Assembly: GCF_006345805.1 (NCBI RefSeq)
Contig: NC_042997.1
Coordinates: 57,102,001 to 57,166,000 of the forward strand
Source: Octopus sinensis
Lineage: Eukaryota
Direction of reading: 5' to 3'
DNA: 64,000 bases
The position numbers and the translations under genes are program-made. The notes beneath the pieces are model-generated. The model ran no database searches, had not been told where the DNA came from, and saw only the letters and a list, made by a program, of their open reading frames with translations. Position 1 is the stretch's first letter. Every line of letters begins with the position of its first letter. This document shows positions 38,601 through 53,600 of this stretch, piece by piece.

Positions 38601-41600
38601 CAGGGGAGGCTGGCAGCGGCCACAATCGGTTGGTGCTTTTTATGTGCCACCGGCACAGAAGCCAGTCAATAGTGGTGCAAATTTCTCTCAAATCACACCC
38701 ACACCTAACCATCATATAAAAGAAAAATTAAATTGGATATTAGGTGTCTGAAAAACAGAAAAGAGAGGATGGTCATGCTAGAATATTTTTGATAAGTCTG
38801 ATCAACCAGAGCCTGCCTAGTGCAAAACAACAACACTATTAAACTCAAATAACAAAAACTACGCATACACTAAAAATTTTCTATGACTTAACCTTTATCA
38901 CCAACTCCCATATTCTCCTTTCTTATTTATAAAGGAAGTCAGACAACTACAGTTAATCAGTGCATTCATCACAAATCTCATTCAAATGAAATACAACAAA
39001 ATCCTCCAACATACATCCTTCTAGCTATCACACCAGGAAAGCTTTTTCACACAGCTCAACTTTTAGTTATCAACAAAGAAATACAAAATTCTGGTTAGCA
39101 AACTACCTCTCAAAAGTACAATAACATCATAACTATAACCTGTAATTTCTAAATGGATTACCGAAAGGATCCACTTTTTCTTTTATTCTTTAACTTAAAC
39201 ATTCACGAACAGATGACATTCCCATGAAAGAAACAGATTCCTAAAACATTACTTGTACCTCTTCCCACTGTTTTTCAGAAATAGGTGCACAACTACTCAA
39301 ACACTATATCAGCTCCTTAGAAAACTGATTTCAGTAAAACTAAAAATAGCATCTAGTAAGTCTTCTCTTTATAAAAGTAACAAAAGAATACAAGATATAA
39401 CAAATTTTCATATACAATACAGTAACTCGTCAGAAAGAGGGGTGAGTGGGGAGGAAGAAAGAAAGAGAAAACAGAGAAAGAAAGCAACAACAATACTAAG
39501 GACTACCTGCAATGCTCAACAATAATCACAACATACATAGAAGATATAGTGAAAAAAAAGCATAAATGAAATCATTTCATGAACACTCCGGCCTCTTAGC
39601 CAGATACATACTATCTCTTCTCTCTTTTCCTTTTCTATTGTAAAACAGTAGTTTCACCCGCTCAGACTTGGCTGATCTGATGCTGCCTCTACTTGGGCAC
39701 TTCTGAATCACTTACCACCCTTATAGTGTCCACTCCCCACCCATTCCAGATCCCTCACTAACCACTATGATCAGTCCGTTTTCATTAGAACATTGGCTCA
39801 ATGACATTATGTTCCTGTCCATGGTTTTTCTGCAGCTATTGATTTGCAATAATTCAAGTACATATATTGCATTGACTACACCAGTCTTGAAGAATCTATG
39901 AAGTCTGTAAATACAACCCTTACTCTCCACTAAATCAATAATAATAATAAAAAGGAACTCTGACAGGCCCACATTTTTCTGATACAAAGAAAGAAGACAA
40001 AGTGCAAAACAACATATTAAATCCATCACTGATTATGCTGCTACTATCTCTCCATACAAAATCATAACATATCAAGAATATAAAATAGCACATTTTGCAT
40101 CATCATAGTCTACACACAGACTGTATCCATTCAGTACGATCTATACAGTGAAACACAAAACAAAGAAATAAAGACTACCTGGGTATTTGAGAAGGAGAGT
40201 ATCTTGTCATAACAAGCTCCAACTCACACAGTCCCTCTCATTATATAATAAATGTTCTTCAAATATGTAGAAATATCTACAATACCATCCCAAGAATAAT
40301 ATTCTTCCAACTTGATTTACACAAACACAAAAATAATTGCATCAATAAGCTCTAAACATTATAGAAGAAGGGCAACTATTGCATGCTGAAAAAGTCTACC
40401 TTGTGCATCTCTAATACGGCCTCAATGATGGAGTCTCCAAGTAGTTACTCTATCAGCTATAACTGAAAGCCAAATTTTGAAATATTGCTTTACTGCCTTA
40501 AGAGTGGATAAATACCCCAGCTAAAGTAATTTTGAACATCCCAGGAAAACTGGAACAGTTAGATTGCTGGTTAAACAATAGATGTTTATCACAGAGATAT
40601 ATTTTTTCAACACATGTGAATGCCATTAGAAAGCAATAACTCTGTATGATATAAGCTCTGATCCATGAAAAAAGAAGTGCTTTCCAAATTACTTACACAA
40701 ATGTGATCAAACAATATCATTTACAAAAATTCTACATAAATACACTAGATTTCACAAATAATCATAAAAGCATAATGCACTGTTATTCCTAATGTCAGAA
40801 CTCCACTTGATACAATTTAAGAATCTTGATGCTTCACATACATAAGTAGATCTTATTAAAAAATATCTTTATGGAGCTAAAAAATATCATGCACAACTTC
40901 CATGTTGCAATAATTAAGGAAAAAATTTTCATTTACAAGAGACCACATTTCCAAAGAGATTGGACAGACCTTATCACAAGGGAGAAGGCTTCGTAACATA
41001 GATTAAAAAAAAAAAAAACATGATGCAACCATTACATATATACCAAAAGTGATATTCAAAATGTAATAGGACATTCAACACACTAGAAATGTAGACAATC
41101 ATCATTTAATGTCTGTTTTCCATGCAGGCATGGACAGTTTGACCAGAACTGGCAAGCTGGAGAGATGTATCAGGCTCCAGTTTGATTTAACTTGGTTTCT
41201 ACAGCTGGGCACCCTTCCTAATGCCAACCACTTTACAGAGTATGATGGGGTGCTTTTTACAAAGCACATTAACATATATCACACCTCATCAGCCATTCCA
41301 CTAGATTACACATCTTAACTACAACACCATAACACTCTCATAAACAGTATAATTGAAGAATAACTTAATGCACATAACTTATTCTGGTTTTCTGAAAATA
41401 TTAATAATAATTTGAGAAGCAATAACATCACAAATTATCTTCACATCCAAAACAGGCCACACACTACACCAGCCAGCTACCATAATTTATCAACAGACAT
41501 CACTTTCTGCTCCACACACCTAACTACCACTAACCTTTGGCAAACAATCCTATTACCCTGAGACTACCTGCCACATATCAAAACACACACACACACACAC

Positions 41601-44600
41601 ATCAATGAGCAAAAAGAAAACACTTTTTACAAACTAAAAAGAATTAAAAATACCAGTGGAACCAGTTCCACCAGGAAATAGAATCAAAATTTTCAGAATT
41701 CAATAACTCCAGACCACAAACACCAATTCAGTGAATTATAAATGCTTCTATAAAGCATATTTCGCAAGGCAACATAAAAAAATAAAACTCCAGTTATTCA
41801 ACAAAAAAATAACCATCTCTATAAAAAGTAGGGTCAACTTCAAATTCTATACCCCAACATTGCACACAAAAGAAGTAAAATTCAGCATTAAATAGCTAAA
41901 AAAGAAAATAACAAAAAAAAGTAACCATAAAAATACAAAAAGAAACAAACTAGTAAACATTTGTATTTAACAAACCACAAAACAACTGGTAGAATACTAT
42001 ATAGAGTAATTAGTATCATCAACAACAATGACTACATCACACTCCATGTCACAGTAACAATCACGATAACAAGCAATCATTTCTTGAATATCAACCACCA
42101 AAATCAAGTGCACGATAAAAAAGTTATGTATTTTCAACCTTGATTATTATTTTGATCCTTTCTATCAAACTCACCCCAAAAGCAATTAGGAAATCTAAAA
42201 ACTCAAATACCTTTAGGCTTTGTGAAATTACAGACAAACCATATAAAATACCTATGGCCTGAAGAAATCAATGCATTCATCAACATTTACAACTACTTGT
42301 ACCAACACTGTTAAATTATGGAAATGTGAAAGCCAGGCAAAAATCATAGTTCTAAAGCTCAACACAATTTTAAAAAGCCCAACCCTTATGTCTCTCTCTC
42401 TCTTTCTCTCTCTCTCCAAATCACAACATTTGAGCACTACACTCACATGTACCAAGCAAAAAAGATACTTGATGGTTGCAACAACAATAACAAAACAAAA
42501 AAAAATTCTTCCTATATACACCATTCTAACTACTATAGACATACATAAACTCTTTCACCCATTGCCTTCTATCTACTTATACACAAAATACTCAGCAATT
42601 CCTTAAGAAACAAATCAAAACACTGGCTAATAAATTACCACACATATAAATCACAAAAACAACACTTCTAAAGCTTGTAATTTCTCAAATGGTGTATCAC
42701 TCATTTCAGTCTATACAATCTTTCTGTACTTCCTTATTAACCCTTTAGCATTTAAACCGGCCATATCCGGCCAAAAGTATTCTAAACTGGCCAGATCTGG
42801 TCTCTCACACCAGCCCTACAATATCGTTTTAGAAATTAACAGCTACCTCATCAAAATCTCATAGCTCCAAGATAATGCCTGATTAGTTCAAGGTAATGTT
42901 GATAAAAAAGGATTAATTTTGGCAGAATAATGCGAACACTAAAGGGTTAAACATACACACAGCCTGAAATACAGCTGACAGCACACTCACACTTAGCTAC
43001 TTTTCCTCCTAACACAACTGCACAACTTGAAATCTACATCAGTCACCTAGAAACCTGGTTCCAAAACAGATTTTAAGTAGCATCAACCAAATCCTCTTTC
43101 TCTCTTCTAACCAGAAACACCATCAAACACAAGCAACTGTAACATCCAACAACATAAACACACACATGTAAGACAAAAATATTATGAGTTACATAAAACA
43201 CAACCACAACATTCATAATGCATAGCAGTAAAGAAAGCAAAATGATGCACAAACATGCCAATAACACTCACAGGTATCACATTTGTTCAATAAACAATAA
43301 CAATGATATGCAAATAATCCATAAGAGCCATTGTGGGCTATACTTGTCCTACTATTACCCCAATGTCTCCACAATACTAACAGCACACTGTGCACCATTG
43401 CAGGTTGTACTCAGATCAGACTCATAAACAGCCTACTCAACAAAACAAAAAAAAATACTAGAAATAAAAAAAAACTGCTTAGGTATTCAAGGAACACAAT
43501 TTGTTGTCATGAGCTTCAATAACCACAGCCCTTGTTACTATATGAAAAAGAAAACACCCCCTATTACCAAAACATAATATTTTAGGGCATTACTATAACA
43601 AATTCCTAAAAATACAATCTCTCTTGCTTAGACCAGATAAGCAACAGAAACTCATTCAAACAGAAATAATTGCAATATCAATAACTCCACAAAGTCTGTA
43701 CAAGCTTTTACATTACTAATAATAAATCCAGATAAGTAGCAACTGTTGCACTCTGAATAACTCCAGCTTGCTGGCATCAACTATAGCCACTGCAAAAATC
43801 TACAGGATGCAGAAATAGATTGGATAGTGGATAGAGTACATGTCCATATTGTCACATTACACCCTATATGATTCATTATTATATATCAGAGTGTGCAGCA
43901 TGGTTATCAGCAAGACGGAGGCATGATATAATTAGAGCATCAGATCCATGGGTCATGCATAGTTTAACTGCCTATGGGTTACCTAGTAACAAGGATATAG
44001 AAACAGACTAGACAATGACGGAATAGCAATAAGGCCAACCTGTTAAAATTATCTCCTAGTAAACAACTGTATGATGGATAAACAATGTAATCCTCAACCA
44101 GATGGAGGTATCATCTATTTAGAGTGTTGGATATATGGGCTGCAACTAACATTTCAACTAACTACCTCTGTGTTGTAAACCTACTAACTCAGAGTTCACT
44201 GGAGTTATACAACAACAGTAAAATGGTGAAGAAACAACGAAAATGTTCAAACTAAAGAGATTACAATTCCTGAGGGTTTGAATATTTTAATGCACTTAAT
44301 GGTATTTATCATCTCAAATCTAAGGCAATGGTAATATTTTGTGGGGTATTGGTATAGGTATAAGAACAGCTGTGGGTATGGGTACAGGTATGGCTATGTG
44401 AAGTTTATTTCTTAACCACATAGATTTGGGTTCAGTCCCACTACACAATACCTTGCACAAGTTTTCTACTATAGTTCCAAGCCAACCAAAGTAAATCTTG
44501 GCAGATGGAAATTGAAAGAAGCTTGTTGTATAAATATGTGTTTGTCTGTATGTATGTTACTGACTTCTTGCCTTGTCATCACATGATAGTTGTGAGAGTC

Positions 44601-47600
44601 ACCATTATGCACCCGGTGTTCTTCATTTCCCCTCATGGGAAAATATTAACTTACTTGGAAACAGAAAAGAATCTGGCTGTAGGAAATCTGTCTCAACAAA
44701 TTCTGTCCAACCCATGCAAGCCTGGAAAAATGGATGTTAAGACAATGATGACGATAGTAATAATTGAAGCAGACTTTCACCATCCTTGTAGCATCTCGCC
44801 TTCTCCAGATAAATATGTTGCCAATCTTTTCTATCCAGAATTGCAACATTCTGGAACTTCCTCTCTGCTCATCTCATTGCAGTTGTTGTTTAGCTCTAGT
44901 TCAGCACTGGCTGAGTAGACCTATGACCGAAGGCATTCAGACAATGACCAAACTCTCTCTCTTTTTAGTTATAGTGTATTTAAGATTGCATTATCCAGTA
45001 ACTTCTTATTGCAAAATTGTAGGGTGTAATTTGAAGGAGATTTCACTACTATTTCAAGCAAGGTAAGCAATTATTTAGAGATTCCTTAGCTGGTTTTAAT
45101 TATACTTTTTCAAATTAAACATCAACATCTCTAGTAACTGAAGAATTCATGAGTTAAATGTGAATGCTACACCTTCTATTCAGAATAAATAAATAGAATG
45201 TGAATCTATCGCTATACTAGATGTCCCCAAACTATAACTATGTACTCTATGTAAATTACTTTCTTTGCAAGCTCAAACTAGAGGTAATTATGTCCATAGA
45301 ATATTTACAGTTTGTATGTGAATGACTTAGTCTGGAGAAACATTGCAGTAAATAGTTAATGATTTGTCTTTTATCCTCGGGTTATTTCTGATTTATAATT
45401 ACTACTTTAGTATTAAACATAGTTAATGTGATGCTTCAATGACAGCACATTCAGTTTCTCACAGGATACATCTTTTATATGTAATACATCAATCAACTAA
45501 TTGACTTTGATATGGTATTTATAGATTTAGACCACTTCCTTGTGTTTTATATTTCTTGCTAGACAGATGGATGTTAGTTACAATAGTATACTATATTCTA
45601 GTTAAACATCTGCAATAGTTTATAGAAGATGTAAACAAAACTGGCAACTGAATTCTTTATTCACCAACACAAATAATAAATAGAACATTTCTAATATTTG
45701 GTAAGGAAGGTGAGTTCCGATGGGGTGAGGGTCGGTCAATTTTAATAGATTTCTTAATAGACCATATCACTGGAATTAAGTAATTCAATTGATTTAAATA
45801 TTTTGTATTTTATATAAATAGTCAAAAGAAAATATTTTGTATATTTCAGTTTAACCAATTTAAGATGAAATCTAAAGTTTAAAATTTGAAAAAAAAATTT
45901 AATTTAAAATTATAAATGAGTATGCTATAACTCCCTTGTATCCATTGCTAAATAAGTAAAAACAAAAAAAGACAAAAACTTACAGTCAAGTTTTTCGTCC
46001 AAGGATCCTCGGGAAGTGATGGAGAGAGCTCGAATGAACTCATTGAAAGTAATAAATCCATCCTGCAATGAAGTTCAGACAATACCAAAAAAATCATGAA
46101 TTTTAATGCTCAGGTTTGGAGGAATTATATCAAATGAGAAAATATATCAAATATATAGGCTTGAGAAGTTTCCTCTTTATAGACTAAATCTTAAATCCCT
46201 CAAATCCATTCAATAAGTACTTTTCTTCTTACTTTTCATTTTATGGACTTAAACTCAAGTTTACTGGCAAGAAAATTATTTATTTTGATTGTGGTACCAC
46301 AACAAGGCCATGGTTTACTCTACCACCTGCTCCTTGAATTAACTCTGTTGCAACTATTTCTTCTACAATCACATTTCTGCCCCCATTGACCTGCACATCA
46401 TCAGGTTAGGTATTAGCCACATTAGTCCCATCAATAGAGGAAACATTCAATCAATATATATGAATAAGCTTTATCTTTTTTTAATTAATTTATTTCCTTA
46501 AACTATAAAACACATATCTACCAAATGTATTACAAGACAGTAAACAAGCAAAATTCAATTATATTTAAAATCACTGTTTTAATTAACCCATTAGCACCCA
46601 TGGTCTTTTTTAGGACCAGAAGGACAATCCATCATATTTCTGCAACACCTGTATTTTTCTGAGATATCATTAGTTAGTCATCAAGACTGGAGTGTCTTTC
46701 AAATATTGTAATAAAAGTATTTTATATATTTAGTATCAGATAAAGTTGTATAAAAAAAGATTTTAGGTTATAAATTAAATAAAAAAAAATTGGACACTAT
46801 ATGGCAAAATAATTTTTGAAACTCTTTGCTTGTGTTTAATATACTAACATGTTTTCAAATATGCTGATTTATACCATGGAATTTCTAAAGGTCTTGCGAG
46901 TTAGATATAAATGTTTAAAGAGAACCTTTAAGCAATGCTGGTGAAAAGTCAGGCAAAATATGATGTACATAAGTAAAAAACAAAGACAAGATATTGTTTA
47001 ACCATATTATTGATAAGCCATTCTGACCTATCATAATAACACTTTCTCTGAGCACTTGGATTATTTTTTATCTTATATTTTGGGAAAGATTCTCCCTTTC
47101 AGCTATAACAAAAAGTATTAAACAACCTATGTAAGATAATACAGTATCATGTCTTAGTTCTTATTTATTGGTATCACCTTACATATTTTGCTTAAATTCT
47201 TACCCTCATTGCTTAAAAGGTTATTTCTTAAGCATATCATTTACTCCTTGCAATGCTTCAAACAAATTGCGATATCCTTTCAAAGCATCGGAATGTCATT
47301 AAAATAAAATTCTAGTATTCAATTTGATGAAGTAAAATTATTCCAATAAACTAAAACAGAATAAGGAATTTTTTCTTGAAATAAAGTTCTTTTCTGTAAA
47401 GGGAGAAAAAGTTTTCAACTTCACTTAATATGTTATTTGGCACTTGTTCGAGAACTAGAGAGATGAATGATGTTGACAGATTTGAACTCAAAACTGTAAA
47501 ATAAAATAGAGTGGCTATCAACATTCTACACTCACTGCAATATACAAAGCCTTGATAAAATAATGATTTCATTTCAGCATCCCAACAGCAATAAATTTAA

Positions 47601-50600
47601 GATACATATTCTTCAGATTCATATCATATATCTAAGCAAACCACACTTATTTCTAGTCTGTACAGCTCCTGAATATAGAGAATTATGGTATTATCACCAT
47701 GCATAATACAAGTTTTTATATACAGAAAGAAATTTAGAATTATCAATACAGACAGCCACTTTCAGTGTATCTACAGAATTCAGCTGCTAAAATAACATTG
47801 TGAGTTTATCAACAGACACAAAATCATCTGAATAGCAAAACTTATCTTCTACCTTCCTTGATCATTGGTGATCTAGCCTTGGGTATGAAATGTATAAGCT
47901 GGATGTACTACCATCCTGTCATGAAAGTCATTATTCTACTTCTTGTTAGTTTAATCACTACAAAGGAGAGACGTCATATTAAGACGTTAATATAAAGAAA
48001 GATGTCATCTTTATCTCTTGCAGCAATGACAGGAATCACACAAAATATGTTCAAATATATTCAGCTAGCTCAAAGAGTCAAATAACTGAATGAATCTATG
48101 CAAGAAACATTGGGTGAAAAATTAATTTCATAATACGCAAATCTTTAGTAAAAGATACTGAATAATAAAAAGAACTAAATTTAGAATATACTATTGTGAA
48201 GATAGTTCGTCTATTTATCTTCCTATCTTTATCTGTAAATTTCAATTATATATGTCATTTAACATTTGCTGGCATGGGTTGGAGAGTTTGACAGAATTTG
48301 ACAAATTAGAGGACTACATTGTGCACTAATGTCTGCTTTAGCATGGCTTCTGTAGTTACTCTTCTTAATGCCAACCACTTTACAAAGTATAGTGGGTGCT
48401 TTTCTTGTGGCACCAACACTGGTGAGGTTGGCTCACAACTTGCAAGTCTCCAATAAAAGAACCCCTGTAATTGAAAGAAACTAGCCGGAAGAGAATGGGT
48501 AGTAGAGTAAAAAAATAACAAAGCAGACACTATTAGAGGAGAGAGTATGAATAGAACATGGAACAAATTAGCGTCTCAGGGTTAGTGAGAAAGGGTAAGA
48601 TAGGGTGCTAAGGGTGATAAAATGGGTTGTGTAGGAGGTTCTAGGACCATCCCATACTATAATGACAAGTATAAATGGAAGTTGTGAGGAAAAGGAAACT
48701 TGAAAGAGATAGAGCAGATGGTGAGGATCTGGAGAGAGCCAGCAAAGGATGAGAGATGTAGGGTTTGTGGGGGAAAGTCAGAAATGAATAGATAAGAGGG
48801 TCTTGAGGTGGTGGGGAAGCAAAAGGAGAGAGAGTAAAAGAAAATGAGGCAGAGAGTGGGGGAGCAATGAGTGAATACAGCAAGAACAGGGAGAAAAGAA
48901 GCTGGAGGGTAACATAGAGGTGGGAAGGAGTAGATGGTGAAAGTAGTGAGGTAACAAGAGAGGATGGAGGGAGGACGGCACCATAGAGGTGAAGTAGGAG
49001 CAGAAGATGAAAGCAGTGAAAGCATTCCCAGGAAGAAAGGCTGAGGAGAGAAGACAGTAAAAGACAGGTAGGGAAGAAGTAGTAAGTGAATTGCAGCAAG
49101 GGCATCCCAGCCATCAACATTCCTCTTCTAAGCATTCTTTCTACCATGCTTGCCTGAGAGATCGGGTTTTTTTCCTCAGAATTGTGACTCCAGTTGTTGA
49201 GTTACTCATCTTTTTAGCTCTTTTTGTGGGGTTCAGTTTCTCATGATCAGTTTTCACAGTTTCATTCCATGTATTTCTAGGATTTCCTCTTCCACAAGCA
49301 CCAGTCACTTTGATTACGCAGCACTGTTTTATGCTGCTTTTCTCTTCTATACACATCACTTGCCCATATCAATGGAGTTTTCTCTCCTGCAATCTACATC
49401 TGATACCTCTTATAAATAGCTTTTCTCTAATTTGTACTGCATCTTTCATGCACTTTGACATCATACATCCAGCAAAGCATTCTTGCCTCATTTCTTTCAA
49501 CTCTTCGCAGATCTTCAGCATTCAAGTCTCAGGTTCACTGTCCTTTGCACACAAGCATCATGTAATATGCGCTTCACTCTGACAGCAAAGGTAGTAGAAC
49601 CCTGAACTTTTTCTAACCCTTTCTTAACACACACATAAGTTGATATTTTAACTTCCCATTCATAATGTAAAACAATATAATTGAAAAGTATAAAGCAATG
49701 GCACTACACTTCTTTGAGATATTTCATTTTACACCTGATTGATTGAAATTAAGTTTATGTATATAACTCTGGATTTAGGCTAACAATGGTAGAAGTAAAC
49801 ATCAGAGTACACATTATAATCATTATCAATATCATGGATCGACAGAAATGGTAAAACATCAGACACAAATCCCTGAGGAATTCAACAGCAATGTTGATTT
49901 CAAATCCAACCAATGACAACTTTGTCCTTCATCTATTATTGGGATCAATCCAGTCAACTACTCTCCCAAAATTTGCAGTCTTGTAACAATGTTATGAAGT
50001 AATACTTCAATGGAAATACTTTATTAGAGTTTTGTTTTGTTTTTGGTTCTTTTGTTTTTTCAGCCATCTCAGCCTTATAAAAATGAGCTCCAAGAATCAA
50101 CTGAAATTATTATGCCAACTATTTAAAACATTGATCTAGTGTCTACTTGAAAAACATCAGCACTAATTGTATCATTACACCAACAATGCAAAAGTTTTTG
50201 AGCATGTTCCAATGCCTATTTAATGATTTTTTCACTTATGTTGGTAATGACCCTGGAAAACGGACTGAAGGCCACCACTTCTATTTATCTTACCCTTATT
50301 GTATTTATTAAAAAAAAAAAACCTGAAAATATTATCATAACATTTGTAGCGTATTGAACAAAATTCTTTACAATGTTTAATTACACTCTATATTCTGAAT
50401 CCAAATCTTTTGGAGGTTGACATTTCTTATTGCTCTTTCAGGGGATAATAAGATAAGTACCAGTCAAATATGAGGTTGAATATTTAACCACCTCCTGTTT
50501 CCATCTCCACAGTTTGTGACTGTGTTTACATCAGAAATCCCTAATATCCTTAATAAACCTTAGTTCCATTTTGATAATGTCAACAGACATATATTTAGAA

Positions 50601-53600
50601 ATCTAGGTAAAACACAAGCAGTTATAAATTTTTGTGTTTTCTGTCTTATTTATATCTAATTAGTGTTCAGGATAATGGTGTATAACAAGATATTTTGAAA
50701 AATAATTTGAGTTCTTTTCACAAACATCTTTGAAACACACAGATTATATTGGTTATATGCCATACTCAATGGACTATACTACACAAATATAATATTTTGA
50801 GACTTAGGGACAAATCTCTTCAACTCAAGAATTTGTGAAGGACTTTGATGGCAACTTTCTGCATATCCATTGATTGGTTCTCAATCCAATGTCCTTCAAT
50901 CTCTTGAACAGCTGTTGTAATGCTGTAGCAAGTATTTCAATAACAGTCATACATTTGCCTTGCAGATCTCTGAATTTTTTCAGTTCTCTTGCCACATACA
51001 GTAGTTTTGCAGTACTTTTTAGATATTATCTCAATCACCACCACCACCATCATCATCATAGATGTTGTTGATGTTTTGCAGCAGTTTTTCCAAGCTGATA
51101 TGTAGAATGAGTCAGGGTTTTGTCTTGTTGCCCTTCTTGTTGCCATTACTGTTAGTCACATCTCTCAACATACAGGAACATGGTGTATATATTCTAAAAC
51201 CAAGATATATATGATATCATTATTGCCATTATCACTGAAATACCAGATTAAATAAGTTGTAGTATAGAATAGTATGCATTTAGGTTTTGAGTTGAATTCC
51301 ACTTTGTCTATAAAGGCAACCCTAATCCATTCCTAAAGTAAATATATATCCCTTAGCTGCCTTTAGTGGAGCCCATTCTGTTGCAAACCTCTGACTTGGT
51401 TATTTAGTCTGAGAATAGTTCCTCACTTCCTACAATAGTAATAATGCTTCCTTCACTGATTAAACCATAAAAAAAATAAATAATCCACTTATAAATAAAG
51501 TAGGCCCCTTAAGTAGAATATAGTTAACTGAATCAACAATAAACTTGTTAAATTTCTGGACCTGTTCGAAAATGAGAAATTATTATCATCATTATCATAA
51601 CCATTGTTACCACCTCCACCACCATTACCATTGCCACCCTCAATTTCACCACTATCATCATTGCCACTATTACCTTTGTTACTATTATTGATATAACAAT
51701 TAACTCACCACCACCTTTATCATTATCTCAATTACCCTCAATATAATCAAGGAGATGATCTAGTAGAAATGGTTGAGTTTTGAATGAAATATTTAATGCA
51801 TTTATTACATCTTTTAACATCTTGAATACAAATCTTTTGGGAAATGGCTGGCATTCAACTCTTCAGGGTTGATAAAATAAAAACCAATAATATACTAGGT
51901 TAATTCAATTTCCAACATCACTTTGAATAAATTTGTTAAAAATCATTTTTACAATTCTTACTAAGTTTTGACTGCTTAATATCCCCTGGGAAAAATGAAT
52001 ATACCAGTCTAATACTGATATTGATCTCAGTAACTATACACATATTTTGTAAATTATGTCCTCATGCCATTTAAGACATTTTTTATTATTATGATAAACT
52101 GAATATGCAGGCCTCCACTAAGAATTTCTTTTCTGGACTCTCTAACAATCAATCTTATTACAGGAAATATTCTGATGAGAATTGCTGGGCATGTGTTTTC
52201 CTGGAAGTAGTCATTAAAATCTGGTTGCTTGGAACAGAGCAAACTCCACTATAAGTATCCAAAGGATGAGAGATAATATTAAACAGAGGTATGTGTTAGG
52301 CCAAACAAATCTACAATACAAATCTTTCTTTGTGTATATCACTTCATCAGAGAAATCTAACATTTTGAGGCCCATTTCTAACAAATTCTACCAAAGTTTT
52401 CTGCCATAAACATCTCCCACTACTACTACCATTTGATACCACTTTGTTACAGAAAAGGCATCACCCATCCAATTTATTGTAAATATCCAAATTTATAAAA
52501 TAACTTACTTGTTATTTATCTTATAGTCAGGAGAGAAGGCAGTGTCCATGAGCCATTCATTACAGAGCCTCATATATTGGTGGGAGGTGGAGAAGAAGGT
52601 ATCCTTAATCCTTCAAACTGGCCATATACAGCCTAACTATTCTCCCTATTTATATGATCAGGCCAGATATATCCAACCTTTCACACTTACCCTATGTTAT
52701 CATTCTAAAATTATACAATCACATCAAAGTCTTATAGCCATGAGATAGTGCATAATTAATTCAAAATATTGTGAATAAATAAGAATTACATTTGACAAAA
52801 TAATCTGAATGCTAAAAGGTTATAGTCTGTTTGAAGCTCTTGCAACAAAGTGGACTCAGCCAAAAGCACTGCACCCTGGGGATGATGTCAAATTGGGAAA
52901 CAGATCAAGTTTATCACTCAAGTAGGCCATAGAATGATTTGAACTCAGAATGTGAAGAATTGCAATAAATCTCTCAAGTGGTCGGAGTTAAGAAAAGCAT
53001 CCAGTTATAAAAACCATGCCAAAGCAGACACTGGAGCTTGATGTTGTCCTTGGACACATCAGATCCTGTTAAACTGTTCAACCTATGCCAGCAGAGAACA
53101 TATACATTAAATGATGATGATCCAGCTCTACTTATCCACTACCATGATTGATGCTGTTTTATCAACTCTAGAAAGATGAAAGCAAAGTTGACCTTGGTCA
53201 GATTTGAACTTAGAGTGCAGAAAACCATAACAAATACTATAAAGCTTTAAATCCAACACACTAACAACTCTCTCAATTTGTCACATATTTTTACACATGT
53301 AACTGGCATATTTCTAAGAGAAACCAATTAAAAGGGTAATATTGGGGAAAATTTTTTTTGCTTTTCATAAAATTATTCCATTGTATTATCAACAGCTTGT
53401 GTTTCTATACCAGATGATGACAAAAATATAAAACATATTTAATTCAACATCAATGTTTAATACCTCTTAATCTTTAATATATTGATTTTAAAGATTTATT
53501 TTAAAATAGGTTTCTAAATAATAAATATCTTCTACGTCAATTTGAAAGAAGGCAGAGACAAATGGAGAGAGGGAAAGAAAAGTAGTGGATGAAGCACATG

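Noticed and set aside
39716-39904. Alternative NCS exon (strong minus-strand donor G|gtaagt near 39716, acceptor tttacag near 39905)
   Set aside because: In the required phase-1 frame it hits a stop within about 10 codons and has no EF-hand similarity. It could only be a poison exon, and there is no evidence without RNA-seq.
37000-43750. Nuclear mitochondrial insertion explaining the A/C skew
   Set aside because: I recognised no mitochondrial protein, rRNA or tRNA sequence; a BLAST against mtDNA would settle it.
47480-47600. Helitron helicase motif (LKFIAV..ALYIAVS) on the minus strand
   Set aside because: The match is weak, stops intervene, and the segment overlaps a degenerate SINE head.
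48570-48625. Interstitial telomeric repeat (gggttag-like words)
   Set aside because: There is no true TTAGGG tandem; it is the edge of a G-rich low-complexity tract.
48641-49147. Long Leu/Ser/Pro/Phe-rich ORFs as membrane proteins
   Set aside because: They are by-products of a polypurine/polypyrimidine low-complexity tract.
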